Assembly: GCA_024346625.1 (NCBI GenBank)
Contig: AP024665.1
Span: forward strand, 1,674,001 to 1,738,000
DNA from: Williopsis jadinii
Taxonomy: Eukaryota
DNA: 64,000 nt
Reading direction: 5' to 3'
This document shows, piece by piece, positions 55,354-64,000 of this stretch. The position numbers were made by a program, and so were the translations under genes. The notes under the pieces are model-generated. The model had not been told where the DNA came from. It ran no database searches and saw nothing but the letters and a program-made list of their open reading frames with translations. Numbering within the stretch: position 1 is the first letter of the stretch; each line of letters starts with the position of its first letter.

Positions 55354-57435
55354 GTACGGTGAACGCGATTGGACCTTTGCAAATGCTCCGGTATACCTCG
55401 AATCACCGCTATCTTCAGAGTATCAACTTACGCTGCGTCGCCGTCGGGTATTGACTTTAATGCCTGGTCCCTCGTTAATAAAATGATGATTTTGAAAATA
55501 ACGAAATCAACGCCTAAAGAATCTTCTAAAACGGTAGCGTAAGAGTTCGTATATGTTGTCACAAGCGTGTGTATGATATGGACATGTTAGAATGATACTA
55601 ATCCGAGTCCTGTTAGTATGGAAAAGTTTTGTGTCGTGCCTTATCTATTGAAAGAGGACATCTCAATGATCAAAAGACACTCTTGCACGTATAATTGATA
55701 AAAGTAAAGCCGCCTGTAGATCTTCTTTCATACTTACTGAGATTGAAGTATGTTCTGCTGTTATTGCTTCTGCGTACCAAGGCAACCTCTTTAACTTCTG
55801 GTAAGAGAAGTAGGATCTTCTGAATTTGTTGGTGCTGTTGGTTCAATATTGACAAATTCAACAACAGTCTCTTCTCTTGTTAATCCCATATCTGTAATCT
55901 CCTGTTGAACAATTTCTCTAACCGTATATAACAGCGGTGTATAACGATTGTGTTGAGAGAGAAATCCACCAATCTTGCCAATATAATTCTCAAGTTTATA
56001 TTATATTCTTCATCGTTTTGAAGAACACCTCTAAGCAATCCAAGATGACGATTTATAGCCAAGCCTGGATCTAGTGTATGAGTTTCTTCCAACTTCTCTT
56101 TTCCATTTTCGTGAGCTATCATACCATCAACTCTATGGAATAAACGGCTGTTGATAGTCATTGAATAAGTCCCATCTCTCGAATCACCAGTACTTTTAGA
56201 ATCCAAGGATGATAGCGAAAGAGTTGTATTGATTGTTCGAGAATATTTGGATGTGATTGGATCCAATCAGATATCCTTCAAGTACTGTGAAGGTTCTTTG
56301 AATATCTCACCCAGTAAGACTTTGTTCCTATAACAGCAAAAAGATGGTAAATCAGTATCGATAAGAAGAGCTTGACAATAATCACAACATTATTCAAGGT
56401 CACCTGGATTATAAACTGAGTTCCGTGGTCTCTGTGGTCTCCGCTGTTGTTGTTGTTCATAAACTGGATCATCATTCTCATTAAAACCGTTGGTGTCATC
56501 CTCAATGATGTATTCAAAGTTGGGATCATAATCAAAAGCACCACCACGTCTACTTTCTTCTAACGCTCTTTCTGCTACCTTTGCCGCAGTTCTTCGTCTA
56601 CCTCTTATTCGATCAGGTATAGTTTCATTATCAAGTTCAGGTTCAGGCTCAGGTTCAGATAATGGCGGGTGTTGTGGTACATTTGTGATCTCTAGGTGGG
56701 TATTCTGTGACAGTACTTGGAAGTTTCTTGGTTCTGTATCTTGTTCTCATAGCAGGCCAGTTAGTGTGTCCTCTTGTTATGTCGTATCTCCATTCGTTTG
56801 AAGTTGCCGCTGTGGTTCTGGATTAGCCGCTCATGTTTCTTCCTCAAGTTGAGGACGTCGTTAGAAGGTTCCATGAAGAGTCCTTGGGTTTTTCCTGGGA
56901 CGTCCTCCAAGGTTTCCGCTTTTATTGTTCAATCTTTTGTTTGTGACCATTCTTCTGTTATCTTTCGAACTTTATGTATTTGTGTATGAGACTTGTCTTG
57001 GTTTTGTGTCATTTTTTGTTGATAAGAATTCAAAATGTAAACAATACCTACATAATTAGGAAGCATCCTAACATTTTTACGATTGCTGAGGCAACGAAAA
57101 ACCAGAATTATACATAAAAACAAGAACATCCTAGGTTATTTCAGAAGAACCACCAATCCAATCGAGCTTAAAGCTGGAATATACGATGCTAGAGATGACA
57201 TCTAGTGCTTTGTGGTGTTAGGGGTTCCAAAGTTTATTTTGTTGTTGAGATATAAGCAATTTTATGCGTTTTTTCTAGTTATACCATACAAACAATGAAT
57301 GGCTATATCTCAGGAAGCATTAAAGATTACATTCTCACACTTTGTGTTAGTTCGAGTGTGAACTACATTTCGGTATACCTTGGAGAAATTTAAAAATCTG
57401 TTTGCTATTTTTATTAGTATCATTCTAATTCTAAT
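55354..57435 (-). mobile_element. Right arm of the inverted repeat: degenerate Helitron-like element with a pseudogenised Rep/helicase N-terminal region
   Basis: One minus-strand frame (56938-~55621) with 8 in-frame stops contains CDYCQALL..FCCYRNKVLL..KEPSQYL, SRTINTTLSLSSL, GTYSMTINSRLFHRVDGMI, PEVKEVALV and F*SLRCPL, in the order of Helitron RepHel N-terminal motifs. Confidence 0.7.
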
Positions 57436-57978
57436 AGTTGTTGTCATTGATAGCTATAGGTAATGTTTAACCATGACTAAGTGAAGAGTCAATGTCTTTA
57501 GGTGGTTCCTAGAAACTACCCTATAGAAAGGAATCATAAAGGAAGATTTAAAATTCCACCTAATGTGTAGAAAAGCCTTGCCTCAAAAGATATTATGGTC
57601 TCCTTTAAGGTAGGTACCGGTGGTAAGTAGAATTTTCGTAGATTAATCCATACATATACTAAGTTATTCAGCTTGCTTCCTTCGGTAAACGATGGCTGGA
57701 GAGGTGTCGGAGCATTAGAACCGATACATACCCTAAATCTATAAGCTAAAGGAAAGATGTTAACAGATTTAGGGATGAATATATGAGAGTTAAAACTTAA
57801 GGAACACAAACTTTTTTTTAATTGTTATTAAGAAGAAACACGATAAGTAAGAAATAACAAGATCTGATCACCTCTTTCAAATGGTTATATTGAAGCATTT
57901 CAAATCCTGTTCTCTAATGTGTATAGGGTGAAGATCTCAGTAAAACAAATTAAAACTTCTGTCGGTTAAACAACTGAT

Positions 57979-58693
57979 TTAGAGGATTTTTTGTTTGACG
58001 AAGAATGATCTTAAATGCTTCAACTGCCAAACACAAGCACCACCCAATGCCACTAATTGAATGATAGACCAACGAACAACACGAGAGTTGGTGGTCTCAC
58101 TCATGTCTCTAAAGATTGCCTCCCTTTCTCTGGTCAATTGTTGTTCTCTCTTAATCTCATTGACCTTTTCGTTGAGCGTTCTAACTCTGTCAGTCAAAGA
58201 TTGAACAGTACCCCTCTTCTTAGAATCGTACTGTTCACTGCTACCGAGTTCAAAATCAACGTCGACTTTAGTCTTGATCTTAGCCAACCATCCTTGAGAT
58301 TGTGGTTGAAAACAAATTCTGTGGTCACCACTGTCAAGAGCTGAGAAAGTGAACTCACCAGTTGGAGAACCCTTTTGGTGGACCACTCTGTGGTCGTTAT
58401 CAAAGACCTCCTGCACAATAATAGTTAGTATAGGCTGGTCCTTATAGTGAGACTCTAATGTATTCAAAATTACTTACTTCAACATCAATAACAACTCCCA
58501 CTTGATCGCTGGTTGCCTTTTTGAAACTTTCTGTGGTTGGATCTAAAATAGAAACATCGTACTTTCCAATCAACACGGTACCTTGGGATAGCTCCTTGTA
58601 GAAGCACTTTCTCTCTCCACCAGAAAGGTAAAAATGGAAGGCATTAACTGCAGAGAAGATACACAACAGAATTGACAATGCTTGAAGTCTCAT
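57979..58693 (-). CDS. ERP1: p24-alpha ER-Golgi cargo receptor; exon1 58693-58478, intron 58477-58411
   Basis: Signal peptide, FYLSGGERKCFYKELS, GOLD domain and C-terminal FFVKQKIL. The GTAAGT...TACTAAC...CAG intron keeps the frame. Divergent from SWD1 as in S. cerevisiae. Confidence 0.9.
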
Positions 58694-58953
58694 TTCTTAG
58701 TGATTCGATGTTTGCTATTGTTACGTGTATTACACAGGTGTTCAGTCTTTTTTTTTCCTCCCTTGACACGTCCTTCAAAAGTGCTCAATGATCTGGTAGG
58801 TACCACACCAAGAGACGCGTTTTTACTTTTCTTTTGCTACACACACACTTGATATTTGACAATGCTTTTTTTTCACTTGAGCTTATATGAGTGGGCTACT
58901 TATGCAAACATCATCCTCAACCGTCGTGTGTGTGTGTTGCATTCAGACCAGCG

Positions 58954-60153
58954 ATGAATTTATCGCTTCTTGATCCATTCGCTGCCTTAAAAGAGTACCC
59001 AGAAAGTATCACACATACCCTCTCCTTTGGACACTCGGTATTTGTGAAATACAATCAACAAGGGGATTACTTAGCGTCAGGTCTCTCATCTGGAACTATT
59101 CTCATAATTGACAATGACACAAAAAGCGTTATAAGGAAGCTTATTGGACACGTCAGACCAATTCAGTCGCTATGCTGGTCAAAGTGTGGAACTTATCTTC
59201 TGTCCTCCTCCAGAGACTGGAAATGTTTGGTGTGGGATTTGAGAACATGTAAAGCAGTGAGAAAGTTTGACTTTAGTGGTCCGATATGGAACAGTGAGTT
59301 TAACCCTAAAGATCCACAAGAGTTCGTTGTATCCTTGTACGATAACTTTCCGAAGTATGTCAAGTCAGATAATACGATACAAACTCTTCAAGAAGACACA
59401 GTTTTGGTTACTACTTTCCATCCAAGTGGTGACTACATAGTGACTGGAACAAATAAAGGATTAATAAGCGTGATATCAAGAGAATCATCCACAGTTATAT
59501 TCAATCAAAAAGTGACAAACTCAAGTATAAAGAACATTATCATATCTTCGAATGGTGAAAAGATGGCCATTAATTCGTCAGATCGAATTATAAGGCAAGT
59601 CACTCTCCCCGACTTCAATACTGAACCTAAGCTTTGGCACTTTGAGGTTGAAAACAAATATCAAGACGTTGTTAACAGACTGCAGTGGAACTCGATTATG
59701 TTCAGTGCCAGTGGTGATTATCTTATAGCCTCGGCTTTTGGTTCTGCCCATAACATTTATATTTGGGAAACATCTCAATTCTTCTTAAACAAGATTCTCG
59801 AAGGACCTAAAGAAGAGCTGGTTGACGTTGACTGGAACTATAAGAAATGCATTATATGTGCTACTGGGATGGATAGTGGTGTAATTTATATGTGGAGCTT
59901 GGTTGTTCCACAAAAATGGAGCGCATTGGCACCAGACTTTGTGGAAATTGAAGAAAACATTGACTACCAAGAGAAAGAAGATGAATTTGACATTGTTCCA
60001 GATGATGAACTTAATCAAAAACAATTGGATGAAGAGGACGAATATATCGACATCATATCGAAGGAACGAACTGACGCCAGAGGCAATGTACAGGAAAAAG
60101 GTTTTGTGATCCCAATTGAGTATGGTCAAACCATATCAACGGATAACATATGA
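58954..60153 (+). CDS. SWD1: COMPASS WD40 subunit Swd1
   Basis: MNLSLLDPF start, YQDVVNRLQW, LEGPKEEL and KWSALAPDFVEIEENIDY motifs. Confidence 0.95.
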   Translation: MNLSLLDPFAALKEYPESITHTLSFGHSVFVKYNQQGDYLASGLSSGTILIIDNDTKSVIRKLIGHVRPIQSLCWSKCGTYLLSSSRDWKCLVWDLRTCKAVRKFDFSGPIWNSEFNPKDPQEFVVSLYDNFPKYVKSDNTIQTLQEDTVLVTTFHPSGDYIVTGTNKGLISVISRESSTVIFNQKVTNSSIKNIIISSNGEKMAINSSDRIIRQVTLPDFNTEPKLWHFEVENKYQDVVNRLQWNSIMFSASGDYLIASAFGSAHNIYIWETSQFFLNKILEGPKEELVDVDWNYKKCIICATGMDSGVIYMWSLVVPQKWSALAPDFVEIEENIDYQEKEDEFDIVPDDELNQKQLDEEDEYIDIISKERTDARGNVQEKGFVIPIEYGQTISTDNI

Positions 60154-62804
60154 GGTGTGCAAGGAATTCATCTGTTAATATTCGAAAACTATGGACTGTA
60201 TTTTCCCGTATGATGTTTGGCAAGCCGTAAGGGTAATCCATGGAGTTTACTCGGTACTGAAGTTGGTAAAAACATTCTGCTAAATGTTTTGGGATATTTT
60301 CTTTCTATTGCACTTGTCTATAAATATATGGTCGTCTTTCTCCGGCAATTTAAAGCCCAATTCCATCTTTTACTTCTCAAGAAGTCTGTATAAGGCTGGC
60401 TTTTATGGTGATCAGAAAGTAAATTACGGATGCGAAATAGTGAGTTCTGGCGAGGACCGAGCGGGATATAATTACTTTACAGATAATTTGAACTTTTTGG
60501 GGTGAGTCGGAGCTCCACCCAATATCTCATACGAACACAACAAACAGCCTTGTTAGCATCTGTAACTTGTTATGATGGCTATGTAAGCGACCTTTTGGGG
60601 TCTTGAAGCCTATTATTTTCGTCTTTGCGGGTCTTTTGGTTACTTGGCCGAAATTATATGGGAAGAAACACAGGCTGCTGCAAATGCAGAGAGATGCGCC
60701 GCAACGACCGAATAAAACGTTAAATTATAGGCATGTTCTGGTCCATGAGAAACGTCAAATAGGAGTTCGTTACGGGACATGCCTTTCAATCACACCTTTC
60801 AACGAACTACTTACAACGTACTTCGTTTACTATTATGCTTTGAGAAATTGTTTAATTCTATTGTCCTTTTAATGATCAAGGTGATATTTCGGTAGTGCTC
60901 TCCATGGTGTATTGAAATATACCCAGCAATGTGGACCATCTCTTACTCTGATGATCATGTACTAGTCTATCCGTATAATTGACGGTTGCGTTTTATTCTG
61001 AAATGTCTCGAAAGGAGAGAGAATTGGCTTTGAATCAAGTCCCTCCCCCTTGCGCGCGCCCTAGACCAAGGACTATCAGAAATTTCGGGCACAACGGTCA
61101 ACCACTTAGTTTGCCGCTGAGTCGACCGATGGCAATGCCTATATTTGGCCCAGACTAGTCTTCAGGTTGATACCAATATCAATCTAGTCAACCTAGTATA
61201 TATGAAAATATATAGTGCCAATAGCGGCGTACACTGCGCAGCTGATAAAAGACTAAATATGTCTGGAAAACTCAACTGCGTACTAATTCTCTAGCCCTCA
61301 AATTTTAGAAATGGAAGACGTTGCAATATTCCAAAACACGAACTACCAGCAGTTGTAGCCTTCTTATGTTTCTGTATCCAATTGAATCTTCTTTTTCGCT
61401 TTCACACCTTCCTTCAAATAATAGAAGGTCTCTACAATAATGAGCTAGGTGATAGTTATTTCATAGGCAGATGGCAAGTGGCTCCTCTCGGTCAATCAAC
61501 TTCAGTCGTCATATAATCCCAATTAAAGTACTTCATTGGATATGTCTTGCTTATAAATTACCTCAGAGCTTCTCTTCGATGCCCTTCTGCTATGGTCATG
61601 ACAGGCTCAACATGATTATTTGAGTCCCGACTAACCCTAACACATGATTCAGTTTCATAAATTAAGGTACTTAGCTTCCTACCAAATATGAACTTTGCAG
61701 AGGAAAGACCCAATATCAAATCTACGCAGATGACTCCGACCTTTCAGGGTTCGCGATGAATCTAGATCGTTTATTAATGTTCCAAGAATGGAAACATGTG
61801 TATATAGCCCTGTTTTTGGACCTTTACGTTGTCAGGCTGATGTGGACTATCGGCTTTAGCTTCCAAGATTATAAACCATCGGTTTGGTTAGTCGTAATCT
61901 TTGATCGTAGTCATAATGGTCAAAGTGGGCATGATCATAATCACCATCACGATGATCTTGATTACAAGTGGTCCACAATATAGGAGGGAACTGATCATGG
62001 TCAATTCCAAAATATACTAAAGATTGATGAGTAGCCAACACCACTATTAATCCTAATATGATTACGTTAATGGTTAACGCTAATGTCAAATATTTTGGTA
62101 CATTGGCAATGCTCTATGTATTTGAGTGCAAATTAGTCGGGAAACTAGGCCCTGTTTACATTGATCTCTAGGTTGATTTTTGTTGTAATTTTCTCGGTTA
62201 ACACACAAGTTTCCCAACCTACATTGTCCTCAAGAGACTTTTGAGTCTGTAAATATGGCAGTGTTTTTTTTTTCGGTGTGAAATGTCGCACATATACCTA
62301 CTGCAAAAGAAATTTGGGAGAGACACAAGATTTGTAGGTTTGAAAGGACAGTTTGGGAGATGGCATAAAATGCTGTTTGTTTCATTGGCACTGTTGAAAA
62401 CCTATACCTTTGATCTAATGAGAAGCAATGTGTCGATTGATTCATGTTTCATTCCAGGGCATCCTGTGTTTGGCATAAGCTCATACCTTGTGATGATGTA
62501 ATCTATTCTCCTTTCCAACTGCTATATACGACCGCTTTCATTTCTAGGCCCTTCTCGGTTCAGAGACGCATATTTGTTATGACCACAGCATTAATAGGCG
62601 CCATCTCACATCTTGATATTTCCATAGTTACACACATACATAAAAATCAAAGGACAAATCGATGATGATCTAATTTACACAGGGGGGAAATAGGATATTT
62701 AAAAGCCAGATTTCCCACTTCATCCGCCACCCAATCTACACGTCCACAACCACCTCTATTTGACAACGCATCATACAAATACGAATCTCATCCAATCAGT
62801 TAAG

Positions 62805-64000
62805 ATGGTATGTTTTGTCTTTCCTATGAGGAACTAGCGGCTTTTTGAATCCCATCTCCCAACTTCACTTGTTCATCGTTTAACGAGCACAAGGCCCTTT
62901 ATAGGGGCAGGGAGAATTATTTCAAATAGGAGATTATGTTCCCAGTTATAGAACTATTGTCAATAGCTAACATATCTTTATATAGCAGAATGATAGATCT
63001 AGACACCATCAGAATGCTTCCATTCACTCGCTTACATCGATTGGTTCTATAGTTGAGCCCGTAACTCCTCCAGACCTCGGGGATCATTTTGGAACCCCAT
63101 CGCTTAACCAGTTCTCAACAAATTCAGCGGGTTCCAACGGCGCATCATCCACCACAACGCCTCTATCTACTCTGAACACCAATATAGGGGGTAATACTTT
63201 TAGATCCAGACTTCGTTCGCTTCCTTTGGTGAATGAACTAGACTATAAGTTCAACCAATTTAACATCAGCAGTCTTCAAAATTTATCTCAGGGATCACCG
63301 GGTACTGCATACATTCCATCACCGAGCCAAAGTGTTTCATCCTCTAGCAGTTCTATCCCGCAAATCCCATTGAGCTCACTCTCGTCTCAGATTCAAACTG
63401 CTCTAGATACCCCACAGGTGAGAAAGGTATCACCACCTGTACCACAGCACGAATCTTCTCGTTCCCAAGCTCAATTCCAACCTCGGTTGTCCTTGCCAAA
63501 CGTTCACTCTCTGGGCTCCAATAAGAGAGACGGAAGCTTCGGTTCTACATCAAACTGTAACTACAAGAACTTTGATGAGTTAAACTTGATTCCATTTGAA
63601 GATTTGGATATCTTGAAACTGTCTGTTGATCAGTATGGTTGTCGCTACTTGCAGAAGAAACTTGACGCTGACAATGGTGTGAAGGATATCATCTTCAAAA
63701 AAGTTTTTAACAACCTGATCGAGTTGATTATCGATCCGTTCGGTAACTATCTCATTCAGAAGCTGGTCGAGTATTTATCAAGTTATCAGAAAGACCTGTT
63801 AGTTGAAAAGACCCATACTTATCTTTTCCTCGTGGCTGTGAACCAATATGGTACTAGAAGCTTACAGAAAATCATTGATAAGGTTGACACTGTATACCAA
63901 ATGGATTTGATAATCAAAGGTTTGCAGATGAACGATACTTCGAACGGCATTGAGGACAACAACATTGTGAAGCTCATCAAAGATCTCAATGGAAACCACG
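62805..64000 (+). CDS. MPT5: Pumilio-family RNA-binding protein Mpt5/Puf5, 3'-truncated; ATG-only exon1 62805-62807, intron 62808-62985 (or 62988)
   Basis: ATG|GTATGT...AGCTAAC...TAG/CAG. The frame stays open with EPVTPP and the PUF repeats DQYGCRYLQKKL, DPFGNYLIQKL and NQYGTRSLQK. The ORF track missed it. Confidence 0.88.

Noticed and set aside
51581..57435. LTR retrotransposon or single TIR DNA transposon
   Set aside because: The repeats are inverted rather than direct. There are no TG...CA LTR ends, PBS, RT/integrase or DDE motifs, and no target-site duplication is evident.
57490..57810. Possible further coding relic outside the right arm
   Set aside because: Short stop-interrupted frames with no motif I can recognise; a TBLASTX search would be needed.
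60154..62800. Telomerase RNA or other ncRNA in the long SWD1-MPT5 intergenic region
   Set aside because: I saw no telomere-template-like sequence or convincing structure. A long regulatory promoter is a sufficient explanation.

Overview
Gene-dense window of a budding-yeast (Saccharomycotina) chromosome. CTG encodes Leu at conserved positions of SMC1 and UGP1, and the genes carry short GTAWGT/CTAAC/AG introns. A Phaffomycetaceae-type yeast such as Cyberlindnera is my inference only. About 32 conserved genes can be called, many in blocks syntenic with S. cerevisiae: MTQ1-GCD10-NOP2-ARP5, SRV2-NAM9-EAF7-FPR1, SWC4-CUL3, MMS22-BUD6-EST2-TAD3-NKP2-SFH1, EFB1 and ERP1-SWD1. The window also holds a tRNA-Leu(CAA) and an intronic snR18. 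The standout is a ~6.6 kb gene-free region (51.3-58.0 kb). It consists of a ~2.7 kb AT-rich core, containing a 97-nt poly(T), flanked by a large diverged inverted repeat (51581-52626 and 55354-57435). It lies between EFB1 and ERP1-SWD1, which is where CEN1 sits in S. cerevisiae, so it is very likely a regional inverted-repeat centromere. The longer arm contains a stop-riddled reading frame whose motif order matches the N-terminal part of Helitron Rep/helicase proteins. The centromeric repeat arms therefore appear to be two convergent relics of a rolling-circle transposon.
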